Positions 25,860-35,160 of a stretch of 64,000 bases of DNA are shown here, in pieces. This DNA comes from Thermoanaerobaculia bacterium (GTDB lineage Bacteria; Acidobacteriota; Thermoanaerobaculia; Thermoanaerobaculales; Sulfomarinibacteraceae): the NCBI GenBank assembly GCA_027067575.1, contig JAMOVQ010000179.1, positions 8,885-72,884 on the forward strand, in the 5' to 3' direction. Each line of letters starts with the position of its first letter. Within the stretch, counting starts at the first letter, position 1. Position numbers and translations under genes: made by a program. The notes beneath the pieces are model-generated. The model made no database searches and was not told the origin of the DNA. It saw only the letters and a list, made by a program, of their open reading frames with translations.

Positions 25860-27338
25860 TCAGGAACCCACGAGCATCCGGTTGGCCGCGCTCCGGGTCT
25901 CCCCGGCGGTGGAGACCCGGATGGCCGCGTGCTCACCGGCCGGGCACCGGTTCTCGCAGATCCCGCAGCCGACGCAACGCGCCGGATCGATCCGGGGGCG
26001 CTGCAGGCGAACGGCGTTCCCGTCCCTTCCGTGGTCGACGGCCTCCTCGAGCCAGATCGCCTTCGGGTCGGTGGGGCACATCTCCTCGCAGACGATGCAC
26101 GGGGTGGCCATGGCCCACGGGAGGCAGCGGCCCCGGTCGATGAACGCCGTGCCGATCCGGACCGGCGGATCATCATTCCGCCCGATCTTCTCGTCTGCGG
26201 TCAGCAGACGGATCGCCCCCGTGGGACACACCTCCCCGCACCGCGTGCAGGTGTACTCGCACCAGCCTCGGCGCATGTCGAGGACCGGCGTCCAGAACCC
26301 CTCGACGCCGACGCCCGAGAGGGCGGGCTGGATCGCCCCGGTGGGGCACGCCTGCTGGCACAGCATGCACTTGACGCAGCGGTCCAGGAACTCGTTCTCG
26401 GGAACGGAGCCGGGCGGGCGGATCGCCGTGGCGCTCCGGGCGGTGCGGCCCCCGCCAGAGGCCCGCAGAACGGGACCGAGCACGAGCCCCCCCGCCAGAG
26501 CGCCCAGCGCCCGTCTCCGGGAGAGGTCCGGGACGGCGGGCAACGGGGAGGGGGCGGAGGAGAACCCGTAGGAGAGCGCATGCTCGCCGCACCGGTCGAT
26601 GCACTCCAGGCAGACCATGCACTCCTCCACCCGGTGGTCCCCGAGCGGCTCGTCGGCCCCCTGGCAGTCCGTCACGCAGAGCAGACACCCGGTGCACCTG
26701 CCGTCGATCCGCCTGATCCGGAAGAGGGAGAACCGTGCGAGGAGCCCGAGCAGTGCTCCCAGCGGGCAGAACGCCCTGCAGAACAGCCGGGGGGTCCACA
26801 CGGAGGCGAGCACCACGGCCGCGAGCAGGGCGCCGGCGATCCAGCCACCGGGAACGGGCCCGCGCACGGGAAGGAGAGGCCAGACGGCGGCCGCCAGTCC
26901 GCGGGCGAGCAGGGAGAGCGGATCGAGGAGACCGGTCTGGAGGGAACCGAGAACGGCCCAGCCGGCGAGGAGCGCCAGGAGCACGTACTTCGTGCGGTAC
27001 AGCGGCCGCCAGCGGTTCCGGCCGGACCGCTCGCGGAGCCGCCTGGGCGTGCCCCATCGCGCCACCAGCTCCTGGAGCGTGCCGAGGGGGCAGATCCAGC
27101 CGCAGAAGATCCGGCCGCCGGCGAGCGTCAGGAGGACCACGGCGAGGGACAACCCCAGTGCGGTAGGAACGGCGTGGTGGGCCAGGGCGAGCCCGGCCGC
27201 GGTCAGCGGGTCCCCGTGGTGGAGGAGGTCGTACGGGAGCGTCCGGGGGTCTCCCGCCGCGAGGCGCTCGAGAAGCCAGAGGAGCAGCGCGAGGAAGGCA
27301 AGCTGGTAGAGCAGCCGGAGCCGTCGCCACCAGATCAT
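25860..27338 (-). CDS. Membrane polyferredoxin (NapH/MauN-like N-terminal half plus additional 4Fe-4S clusters)
   Basis: Start at MIWWRRLRLLYQLAFLALLL. It has several TM helices with the CGWICPLG and CRAFCPLG motifs. Cys clusters are CTGCLLCVTDC, CMVCLECIDRC, CVKCMLCQQACP, CTRCGEVCP, CIVCEEMCP and CVGCGICENRCP. Confidence 0.8.
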   Translation of the reverse strand: MIWWRRLRLLYQLAFLALLLWLLERLAAGDPRTLPYDLLHHGDPLTAAGLALAHHAVPTALGLSLAVVLLTLAGGRIFCGWICPLGTLQELVARWGTPRRLRERSGRNRWRPLYRTKYVLLALLAGWAVLGSLQTGLLDPLSLLARGLAAAVWPLLPVRGPVPGGWIAGALLAAVVLASVWTPRLFCRAFCPLGALLGLLARFSLFRIRRIDGRCTGCLLCVTDCQGADEPLGDHRVEECMVCLECIDRCGEHALSYGFSSAPSPLPAVPDLSRRRALGALAGGLVLGPVLRASGGGRTARSATAIRPPGSVPENEFLDRCVKCMLCQQACPTGAIQPALSGVGVEGFWTPVLDMRRGWCEYTCTRCGEVCPTGAIRLLTADEKIGRNDDPPVRIGTAFIDRGRCLPWAMATPCIVCEEMCPTDPKAIWLEEAVDHGRDGNAVRLQRPRIDPARCVGCGICENRCPAGEHAAIRVSTAGETRSAANRMLVGS

Positions 27339-28294
27339 GCGGTGCCGAGCTCCTCCAGCGAGGACGGGTCGCCGAGACCCAGCCCGAGCTTCTCGGCCTC
27401 GGCGATGAAGCCGAGCCGCCGGTGGTCGAGGCCGAGGAGGCTCGCGCCCCATGCGTCGAGCGCAACGGGGTCGGTTCCGGCCGCGACTGCGTCCACGCGC
27501 CGGACGTCGTCGAGGCTCCCGCCCTGGGGGCCGTTGGCCACGAGGATCCGGGTGGCGTCCACGACCGTCAGCGTCGGGCGGAAGGCGGCGCCCAGCTCGG
27601 CGATGGCCCGGTGGATCCCCTGGTGCAGCCGTGGGCGGCCGCCGCCGATCACGCCGAACCAGTTCTTCATCCCGAGGGTCGCCTTCGCCAGGCTGTGGTG
27701 CTTGACAACGGGCACGTTGATGACGCGGTCGGCCCGGGGCAGGAGCTCCATGACCTCGAGCCCCGCCAGAACGCCGGGCAGGTCGGCGGGACGGGTTCCC
27801 AGCGAGGGGGGGTAGACGATCGTGGCCCCGGCCTTCCTGGCGGCCGGCCCGATCCGGGACCGGGTGAAGCTCCGCCTGGGGTCGTTGCACGGGAAGTCGG
27901 CCACGACGACCCGGGCCGCACCCGCCTCCAGGCAGAGCCGGACGAGCTCGGCCACCACGTCCGGATCGGTGTTGGCCGCCTGCTCCGGCACCCGGTCCCA
28001 CCCGACGTTGGGCTTGATCAGGACCGTCTCGCCCCGGCCAGCGAACCGCTCCATCCCGCCGAGGGCCGCCACCGCCCGGCGGACGTTGGCCGCCGGGTCG
28101 GATCCGCGTGCGATGGCACCGGCACGTTGGCCTCCAGTCCTTCGCCAGTCGAAGATCCCGGGTGTGGCGGACCGCTCCCGCGGCCGCTCGCGGAGGACGT
28201 GGTAGAGCACTCCGAACCCGCCGGCCGCCAGGCCGGTCCGGGCGAGCCCCAGCAGGACCTGCCTCCGGTCACGGCCCGTCTCACGATCCGCCAC
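27335..28294 (-). CDS. DUF362 domain protein with twin-arginine signal
   Basis: The Tat-like motif is GRDRRQVLLGLARTGLAAGG. VLIKPNVGW...VVVADFP...INVPVVKHHSLAKATLGMKNWFG matches the DUF362 pattern. The start overlaps the polyferredoxin... upstream gene by 14 nt and its stop overlaps the next start by 4 nt. Confidence 0.75.
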   Translation of the reverse strand: MADRETGRDRRQVLLGLARTGLAAGGFGVLYHVLRERPRERSATPGIFDWRRTGGQRAGAIARGSDPAANVRRAVAALGGMERFAGRGETVLIKPNVGWDRVPEQAANTDPDVVAELVRLCLEAGAARVVVADFPCNDPRRSFTRSRIGPAARKAGATIVYPPSLGTRPADLPGVLAGLEVMELLPRADRVINVPVVKHHSLAKATLGMKNWFGVIGGGRPRLHQGIHRAIAELGAAFRPTLTVVDATRILVANGPQGGSLDDVRRVDAVAAGTDPVALDAWGASLLGLDHRRLGFIAEAEKLGLGLGDPSSLEELGTA

Positions 28295-28841
28295 GGGGTC
28301 CTCCGATCATCGCCGACCAGACTGCGGCGAGGCGCACCATGCGCGGGTCGATGCCGTCGCCGGGGGGCACGGCGAGAAGCCGCAGAAGCCATCGGCCCCG
28401 CACCATGACGAGCTCGCCCGGAGCGGCCACGGCGCCGGCTAGACCGTCCACCGGCGTGCCGTTCGCCGGCCGGAGGTCGGCCGCCGAAGCCGCGGCGCCG
28501 CCGGAGTCCTCGAAACCCATGGCAGCGGCCTCGATCTCGGTCTCCCCTCCGCCCTCTCCGGCGAACAGGTAGCGCGCTACCACGATCGTCCGGAGCCCAC
28601 GGGCGAGGTGGATCTCGGCTCCGCCGTCGAGGTATTCGTACACGCCATCGCCGCCGAACCGCGCGGGAGTGCTCCGCCCGGCGGCGTCCACGGCCGACGC
28701 GGAGGGGAGCACGGCCGACGCCGGACGGGCAGGTTGCGGCGTCCCCGGCGGTGGCGCGGAAGACCGGACGAGGATCCAGACGAGGAGTGCGATCAGGGGG
28801 ACCGCGGCCAGCACGGGACCGAGACGGCGCACGAAGTTCAC
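28281..28841 (-). CDS. Hypothetical membrane-anchored/exported protein
   Basis: GTG start at 28841 is assumed: VNFVRRLGPVLAAVPLIALLVWILV (anchor). No recognisable domain. It is the first gene of the DUF362/polyferredoxin operon. Confidence 0.45.
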   Translation of the reverse strand: MNFVRRLGPVLAAVPLIALLVWILVRSSAPPPGTPQPARPASAVLPSASAVDAAGRSTPARFGGDGVYEYLDGGAEIHLARGLRTIVVARYLFAGEGGGETEIEAAAMGFEDSGGAAASAADLRPANGTPVDGLAGAVAAPGELVMVRGRWLLRLLAVPPGDGIDPRMVRLAAVWSAMIGGPRGGS

Positions 28842-28926
28842 GCTCCCATTGTACCGGCGACGGCTGTCCCGGTGATTCCCTGGGTGAGGGCGAGCTGGTT
28901 CACGGTACTCCGGCGATGGTCGTGCT

Positions 28927-31809
28927 ATGATGCCGAGAATGATTCCGGGACGCGAAGGAGTGCGCCGGTTCCTGGCACCTCTCCCGGCCGTCGTCGTCTT
29001 TGCGATGGCCTGTGTGTCCACTGTCATTGCAGAGCGGCTCAACTTCAAGAACTACGGTGATTTCGAGGGGTTACCTCAGAGTCAGATCCTTGCAGTCACC
29101 CGGGATGCGGACGGGTTTCTCTGGATCGGGACCTACGGGGGGCTGAGCCGGTACGACGGCAGAACGTTCCGGACGTGGACAACGGCGGACGGGCTGTGCG
29201 CCAACGCCGTACGGGACATTGCGGTGGACCGGGCCGGAGCGCTGTGGATCGGGACGGTTGGAGGCGGTGTCTGCCGGATCGACCACGGCACGGTGGACGC
29301 AGTGATCCGAGGGGAGCAGCTCGTCGACGATGACGTGCAGGATCTCGAGGTGGCGGGGGACGGATCAGTCTGGGCGGCGGGGTGTGGTGGTGTGACACGA
29401 ATCCGCCCCGATGGAACGACTGAACTGTATCCGCTTCCTGAAGACCGGTGCGGCCGGATGGCCTGGAAGATCGTTCTCGCGCAGGATGGCCGGACTCTGG
29501 TCGGGACCGACCGGGGTGTCTTCGCCTTCGATGACGGACGGTTCAGCCCCGTGGTCACGGGCCGGGGGACAGCGCTCATGGCGCGGTCGATGCTCGTCCT
29601 GTCCGACGGCACGATCCTCGTGGGGACCGAGGATGGACTCTACCGGTTCCAGGACGATCGGCTGATCTCGGTGCCACTCACCGGAGGAAGACCGCTCCAC
29701 GTGAACGATCTGGACCGGTTGGGGGATGGTCCTGTCTGGGTTGCAACAAGGGAGGGTCTCTTCCGGCTCGATCTGGAAAGCGGCGCTGTCGAAAGACTGA
29801 CGGTGCGAGAGGGACTTCCCAACGAGATCGTGTACCGAGTCTTTGCCGATCGGGAGGGAGAAATCTGGTGCGGGACGGACGACGGCCTGGCGAAGCTCGT
29901 GCCAGGACCGTTCGTCGCGTTTGGTACGGAGGATGGTCTCCCGAACCGGGCGGTCCGGGCGATCGCAACGGACCGTGCGGGAAGAGTGTGGTTCGGAACG
30001 CGGAAAGGGGTGGCGGTTCTGGGTGATGACGACTGGTTTCATCAGGTTGCCGCGCAGCTTACCTCCCCGGCCGTCTACGCCCTGGCCCCGCTGGCCGACG
30101 GTGGGATGCTGGCAGGGGGACGGGGAGGTCTGTTCCTCATCAGAAACGGACGGGTGACCGCGCACTGGAGCGAGGCCGAGGGGCTTCCGGACGACTACTG
30201 TGTGGCGATGTTGCCACGGACCGGAGGGCGCTCGGTCTGGATCGGGACGTCCGGCGGGATCGTCGTCTGGGAGGATGGGCATCTGCGCCGTCCACACGAT
30301 CCCGACCTTGCGTCGGCCCGCCCACTGTCCATGGTGCGAGATGCCAGCGGCAGGATCTGGATCGGACTGGAGTCCGGCGGCGTCCTCGTGGTGGAGAACA
30401 GGCGGGTCGTCCGGCACCTCGGTCCGGCCGACGGGCTCTCCGGAGAGACGGTGTGGTCGCTCTCCCCGGACGGAGCGGACGGGATGTGGATCGGAACGAA
30501 CGGCGATGGAGCGTTCCACGTGAGCGGTGCTCGGATCGAGCGGTACACACAGCTGGAGGGGCTTGCGAACAACTTCGTCTGGCAGGTTCTCCGGGCACAC
30601 AACGGCGATGTCTGGTTCTACACCTCGAGGGGGCTGGACCGGTTGCGTGGCGGCGGGTTCCGGCACTACGGTCGGGGGGCGGGCCTGATCGGGCTCGAGG
30701 GAATGGCGGGAGCGGCGATGGAGGACCGGCAGGGAAGACTCTGGTTCGCCTCTACCCATGGTGTGATGCGGTACGATCCGGCGAAGGAGATCGAGCCGTT
30801 TCCGCTTCCCGCCCCGGCCCTCCTCGATGCCGTCTCGAGCACGGCTGGCCAGCTCGAGGACGGCTGCCGGATTCCAAGTCCGCCGGGTGTCCTGCGGTTC
30901 CGGGTGGCGGTCCCATGGTACCGGGATGAGGATTCCGTCGTCTTCGTCTACCGGTTGCTCCCGGTGAACACCTCGTGGTCGGCTCCGCAGCGGGGGAATG
31001 TCCTGCGGTTCGCCAGTATGGCGCCGGGACGGTACCGTCTGGAAGTACTGGCCATCGGGGCCGACGGAGAGCGTTCAGGGAAGGCGGCGGTGTTCTCCTT
31101 CATCGTCCTGCGGCCCTGGTGGCGCACCCCGTGGGCGGCGGCCGGCTGGCTGCTCATGGGGGTTCTTCTCGTGGTGGCGTCTCTTGCGTGGAGGACCCGT
31201 CGCATCGAGCGGGAGCGCCTCAAGCTGCGGCGGATGGTGGACGAGAGGACGGAGGAGATCCGGCGCCAGGCCGAGGAGCTGGAACGGCTCGCTACGACGG
31301 ACGAGCTGACGGGGACGTGGAACCGGCGGTCGTTCATGGAGACGCTGGGGATGGAGCTGAAACGCCTGGGACGAGCCCCGCAGGATGCGCGCCTGGCCCT
31401 GATGATACTCGACCTCGACGGGTTCAAGGATGTCAACGACACATGGGGCCACGCCGTGGGCGATCGGCTTCTCGGAGCGATCGGCCGGAAGCTCCCGCAG
31501 GTCCTGCGTTCCACGGATCTCGTCGCCCGGTACGGTGGGGACGAGTTTGCAGTCCTCCTGTCCATGACGACGCGGGAAGGGGCGATGGTCGCGGCGACGA
31601 AGCTGGTGCGGGTCGTTGCGGCCACCCGGATCGATGTGGGCGACATCGGAATCAGCGTCACGGCGAGCGTGGGACTAGCGATCGTGGCGCCGTCGTCCTC
31701 CCTCGACGTGGGAGTGGAACGCCTCATCGCCCGGGCCGACGTGGCGCTCTACGCTGCCAAGCGCGCGGGCGGCAACCGGGTGATGTCGGATGAGGAGACG
31801 CTGTACTGA
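28927..31809 (+). CDS. Sensor diguanylate cyclase: periplasmic two-component-regulator propeller / Y_Y_Y region, TM helix, GGDEF domain
   Basis: Repeated FLWIGTYGGLSRYDG-type propeller blades precede the TM helix WAAAGWLLMGVLLVVASLAW. A coiled coil follows, then the GGDEF core RYGGDEFAVLL with DELTGTWNRR upstream. Confidence 0.85.
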   Translation: MMPRMIPGREGVRRFLAPLPAVVVFAMACVSTVIAERLNFKNYGDFEGLPQSQILAVTRDADGFLWIGTYGGLSRYDGRTFRTWTTADGLCANAVRDIAVDRAGALWIGTVGGGVCRIDHGTVDAVIRGEQLVDDDVQDLEVAGDGSVWAAGCGGVTRIRPDGTTELYPLPEDRCGRMAWKIVLAQDGRTLVGTDRGVFAFDDGRFSPVVTGRGTALMARSMLVLSDGTILVGTEDGLYRFQDDRLISVPLTGGRPLHVNDLDRLGDGPVWVATREGLFRLDLESGAVERLTVREGLPNEIVYRVFADREGEIWCGTDDGLAKLVPGPFVAFGTEDGLPNRAVRAIATDRAGRVWFGTRKGVAVLGDDDWFHQVAAQLTSPAVYALAPLADGGMLAGGRGGLFLIRNGRVTAHWSEAEGLPDDYCVAMLPRTGGRSVWIGTSGGIVVWEDGHLRRPHDPDLASARPLSMVRDASGRIWIGLESGGVLVVENRRVVRHLGPADGLSGETVWSLSPDGADGMWIGTNGDGAFHVSGARIERYTQLEGLANNFVWQVLRAHNGDVWFYTSRGLDRLRGGGFRHYGRGAGLIGLEGMAGAAMEDRQGRLWFASTHGVMRYDPAKEIEPFPLPAPALLDAVSSTAGQLEDGCRIPSPPGVLRFRVAVPWYRDEDSVVFVYRLLPVNTSWSAPQRGNVLRFASMAPGRYRLEVLAIGADGERSGKAAVFSFIVLRPWWRTPWAAAGWLLMGVLLVVASLAWRTRRIERERLKLRRMVDERTEEIRRQAEELERLATTDELTGTWNRRSFMETLGMELKRLGRAPQDARLALMILDLDGFKDVNDTWGHAVGDRLLGAIGRKLPQVLRSTDLVARYGGDEFAVLLSMTTREGAMVAATKLVRVVAATRIDVGDIGISVTASVGLAIVAPSSSLDVGVERLIARADVALYAAKRAGGNRVMSDEETLY

Positions 31810-31977
31810 GCCCCGGCCGGAAGATCCGAAGCGGCAGCGGCCACCCCGGACGCTCCGGAGCTCCGAAAGGGAAAATGGGGCGCCCGATTCCATGGCGATT
31901 GAAGGGGAAAAGAGCCCCCGGGTGTCGCTCAGTGGATGCGGCGGAAGATGGTGCGAGAATCAGGGCGGGGGTCGGTC

Positions 31978-32520
31978 ATGAACGGTGAGCTCCTGGCACG
32001 GGTGGAACGCGGCGAGACGGCGTTGACGGCTGTCCTCGGGGATATCACGGAGCAGGCGGTCGATGCCGTGGTCAACGCGGCGAACGAGCGGCTCGAGCAC
32101 GGTGGTGGGCTCGCTGGGGCGATCGTGCGCCGGGGTGGGCGGGAGATCCAGGAGGAGTCGAGGGCGCTGGCGCCGGTGCCCACCGGCGGGGCGGTGGTCA
32201 CGGGGGCGGGCCGGCTGCCCGCCCGGTGGGTCGTCCACGCGGTGGGGCCCGTGTGGGGGAGCGGCGACGAGGAGCGGAAGCTGCGTTCGGCGGTCCGCTC
32301 GGCGCTGGACCGGACCGTGGAGGCCGGCGCCCGGTCCGTCGCCATGCCCGCCATCTCCACGGGGATCTTCGGCTACCCGAAGCGGGAGGGCGTGGCGGCG
32401 ATCGTGGACGAGGTCGTCCGCTGGATCGACGCCAACCCGGGCACTCTGACGGAAATCCGGTTCACGGCCGTTGATCGTGAGACCGCGTCGCGATTCATTG
32501 ATGCGCTGAAAACACTGTAA
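31978..32520 (+). CDS. Macro domain protein (ADP-ribose / O-acetyl-ADP-ribose binding or hydrolase)
   Basis: GDITEQAVDAVVNAANERLEHGGGLAGAI...GGAVVTGAGRLPARWVVHAVGPVW...SVAMPAISTGIFGYP are the canonical macro motifs. The start is taken at MNGELLARVE. Confidence 0.8.
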   Translation: MNGELLARVERGETALTAVLGDITEQAVDAVVNAANERLEHGGGLAGAIVRRGGREIQEESRALAPVPTGGAVVTGAGRLPARWVVHAVGPVWGSGDEERKLRSAVRSALDRTVEAGARSVAMPAISTGIFGYPKREGVAAIVDEVVRWIDANPGTLTEIRFTAVDRETASRFIDALKTL

Positions 32521-32604
32521 GTCAAAGGGTTGTCGCTTTTCGTGGCTCATTGTGGTACAATGCGCCGCCGGAGTGTGATACGGAAGGGAGGGAAAGCGCA
32601 GCCC

Positions 32605-34095
32605 ATGGCCGATCTCTACCAGTTTCGCGGTGAGCCCGAAGAACCGCTCGATTGTCTCTACGTTCTCAACACCAGCGGGAGCGACCCGCTCGACCGCTTG
32701 GAACTTCCGGCGAAGGACCGGAAGGCGCTGAAGGCGAAGGCGAAGGCCCTCGCGCCCCGTGGCGAGGAGGGCGAGCTGATCTCCGGCGAGTGCCCGATGA
32801 AGGCGGCGCGCCGGGTGACGTTCGTCGGTGTTGGTGAGGAGCGCAAGCTGACCCACGCGAAGGTGCGATCCGTCCTGCGAACGGTGATCCGTCAGGCGGC
32901 ACGCAACCGCGAGTACCAGATCGGTCTGGCGCTCCCGGTCAGGATCCACGGCCTGCCGGATGGGGAGTCCCGCCTCTTCACGATCCTCGAAGCGGCGCTC
33001 GCGGACTACACCTTCGACCATTTCAAGTCGAAGAAGAACGAGTTCGACAAGATCGACGGGATGCACCTGATCCCGCTCGCCGGCGAGACGGAGGAGGAGC
33101 TCGAAGCCCGTCTCGAGAAGGTTCGCCTCTTCGGTGGCGCGGTCCGGTTCGCACGGGACCTGGGGAACCGCCCGGGCAGCGACCTGACGCCCGAGGCGCT
33201 GGCCTCGGCGGCGCGGGACCTCGCCGAGGAGAGCTCGGGGATCCGCGTGACCGTTCTCGGGCCGAAGGAGCTGACCAAGGAGAAGATGGGCGGGATCCTC
33301 GGTGTGGCGAAGGGATCCGCGGAGGAGCCCAGGCTGATCGTGCTGGAGCACCGCCCGAAGAAACCGAAGAAGAGCATCGTGCTGGTCGGCAAGGGTGTGA
33401 CCTTCGACGCCGGGGGAATCTCCCTCAAGCCGTCGAAGGGGATGGAGTGGATGAAGTACGACATGGCCGGGGCGGCGACGGTGCTGGCCGTCATGCGGGC
33501 CATCGGCGCCATGGAACTGCCGATCAAGGTCGTCGGCCTCGTTCCGGCCGCGGAGAACCTGCCCTCGGGTACGGCGCTCAAGCCGGGCGACATCATCACG
33601 CTGTCCAACGGCAAGACCGTCGAGGTGGACAACACCGACGCCGAGGGCCGCTTGCTGCTTGCGGACGCCCTGGCGTACTCGGCGAAGTTCAACCCGGACG
33701 TCGTCATCGACCTGGCCACGCTGACGGGGGCCTGTGTCGTGGCGCTCGGCCACGAGGCGGCGGGGATCATGGGCAACGACCCGGAGCTGACCGACCGGCT
33801 GGTGAAGCTGGGCGAGGAGGTGGGCGAACGGGTTTGGCCACTCCCCCTCTACGACGAGTACCTCGACTACCTCAAGAGCGAGTGGGCCGACCTCAAGAAC
33901 GCCGGGAGCCGGTGGGGCGGGCCGGTGACGGCCGGGACGTTCCTCAAACAGTTCGTGCCGGAGAACGTCTCCTGGGCGCACCTGGACGTGGCGGGTGTGG
34001 CCTACCTCGAGAGCGCCCACAACGGCTTCGGTCCCGGGTCCACGGGGTTCGGAGTCGTACTGCTGCTCTCCTACATCGAGCGGCTCCTGAAGTAG
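32605..34095 (+). CDS. pepA: Leucyl aminopeptidase (M17)
   Basis: VGKGVTFDAGGISLKP, MKYDMAGAA and NTDAEGRLLLADAL are present, together with a C-terminal M17 fold. SD GGAAGGGAGGGAAAG precedes ATG 32605. Confidence 0.9.
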   Translation: MADLYQFRGEPEEPLDCLYVLNTSGSDPLDRLELPAKDRKALKAKAKALAPRGEEGELISGECPMKAARRVTFVGVGEERKLTHAKVRSVLRTVIRQAARNREYQIGLALPVRIHGLPDGESRLFTILEAALADYTFDHFKSKKNEFDKIDGMHLIPLAGETEEELEARLEKVRLFGGAVRFARDLGNRPGSDLTPEALASAARDLAEESSGIRVTVLGPKELTKEKMGGILGVAKGSAEEPRLIVLEHRPKKPKKSIVLVGKGVTFDAGGISLKPSKGMEWMKYDMAGAATVLAVMRAIGAMELPIKVVGLVPAAENLPSGTALKPGDIITLSNGKTVEVDNTDAEGRLLLADALAYSAKFNPDVVIDLATLTGACVVALGHEAAGIMGNDPELTDRLVKLGEEVGERVWPLPLYDEYLDYLKSEWADLKNAGSRWGGPVTAGTFLKQFVPENVSWAHLDVAGVAYLESAHNGFGPGSTGFGVVLLLSYIERLLK

Positions 34096-34099
34096 GCGC

Positions 34100-34873
34100 T
34101 CAGCCCCGGACCGTCCGGTCCAGCCAGTCGAGGACGAGGTCGGCGACGGCCTCCCACCCTGGCTGCGCGAGGACCCAGTGGGCCGCGCCGGCGATCTCGT
34201 GGTGCTCCGCCTGCGGGTAGCGGCGGGCGACCTTCCGGACCACGGACGCCGGGGTGGCCCGGTCGTTCTCCGCCCCCACCACCAGGACGGGGCACCGCAC
34301 GTCCCCGGCGGGAACGCGCGTGGCGCGGCGGCGGTCCAGCAGCCACAGGCCGATCTCGAAGACCGCACGTCCCGATTCGGGGACGAGCCGCCCATAGAGC
34401 TCGTGGCGTTCGGCCTCGTCGGGGAAGCCGTTGAGCAGACCGTACCGGGCGGCGTTCCACGAGGGGAGGACCGGCTTCCGCCAGAACCCCGGTGTGGCCA
34501 TGATTCCAGCAAATGAGCGGAGTACGGCGGGAGAGATGCCGACGATCCCCGCCGGGGCGGCGGGAGTCAGGAGGACCGCCGCCGAGGCGAGGCCGCGTGC
34601 GGCGAGCATCTGCGCCAGCAGGCCGCCCATCGAGTGGCCGATCACCACCGGGGGCTCGGGGAGCGCCCGGATCGTGACCTCGAGGTCGGCGGCGTAGCCG
34701 AGGACGCTGGTCGTTCCGAGCGCCCCGGGCGCTGGTTCCGACGGCTCGTGGTCGTGGTGGCGCAGAACGGGGGTCAGACAGCGCCATCCCCGCTCCGTGA
34801 ATCGAGGAACGTACCGTTCCCAGACCCAGGGTCTGCTGAACATTCCGTGGATCATCACGGCTGTGCGCTCCAT
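34100..34873 (-). CDS. Alpha/beta hydrolase
   Basis: MERTAVMIHGMF... with the nucleophile elbow GHSMGG and the C-terminal His context AAHWV. Confidence 0.8.
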   Translation of the reverse strand: MERTAVMIHGMFSRPWVWERYVPRFTERGWRCLTPVLRHHDHEPSEPAPGALGTTSVLGYAADLEVTIRALPEPPVVIGHSMGGLLAQMLAARGLASAAVLLTPAAPAGIVGISPAVLRSFAGIMATPGFWRKPVLPSWNAARYGLLNGFPDEAERHELYGRLVPESGRAVFEIGLWLLDRRRATRVPAGDVRCPVLVVGAENDRATPASVVRKVARRYPQAEHHEIAGAAHWVLAQPGWEAVADLVLDWLDRTVRG

Positions 34874-34935
34874 CGGCTCCCTCCGTGCTGATGATGACGG
34901 CAGTATACCGGTCTGCCGGCCGGTTCTCCACGGGG

Positions 34936-34964
34936 TGGACAATCATGGGGAGCGGGCCTATACT
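34936..34964 (+). promoter_or_regulatory. Near-consensus sigma70-type promoter (TGGACA-N17-TATACT) with no protein gene downstream
   Basis: TGGACA is at 34936-34941, followed by a 17-nt spacer and TATACT at 34959-34964. The predicted TSS is about 34971. Confidence 0.45.
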
Positions 34965-34970
34965 CTTCCG

Positions 34971-35142
34971 CAGAGCACGAATGGGAGGGATCCGGGAAGG
35001 CTGACCACCTTGTACCTGCCTGTACCAAGGCCAACCTGAACGGACCTACCAAGACCGACCCGCCTTTGATGGCCTACCAACGAAGGCTGACCGGACCTCC
35101 CGGCTCGAGCATGTCCGGCCTCGCGGCCGGACATGTTGTTTC
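34971..35142 (+). ncRNA. Candidate small RNA (about 170 nt), class unknown
   Basis: It is bounded by the promoter above and a strong intrinsic terminator. A long-range helix pairs GGGAGG..CCGG (34983-34995) with CCGG.CCTCCC (35091-35101). An internal hairpin lies at 35008-35030. Direct repeats are GAAGGCTGACC (34996, 35082) and CCTACCAA (35045, 35073). No credible ORF is present. Confidence 0.45.
35110..35142 (+). terminator. Intrinsic terminator (11-bp perfect stem CATGTCCGGCC/GGCCGGACATG, loop TCGC, then TTGTTTC)
   Basis: Read directly from the sequence. The T-rich tail is on the + strand only, so it terminates a + strand transcript rather than the convergent peptidase gene. Confidence 0.6.
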
Positions 35143-35160
35143 ATGCAGATACCCGGCCGG

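Noticed and set aside
34981-35004. Mini-ORF ATG GGA GGG ATC CGG GAA GGC TGA followed by PPCTC in frame (possible second Sec codon)
   Set aside because: Read-through would run straight through the intrinsic terminator and then antisense into the peptidase gene without a stop. There is no SD, signal or family motif. It is better explained as part of a non-coding RNA.
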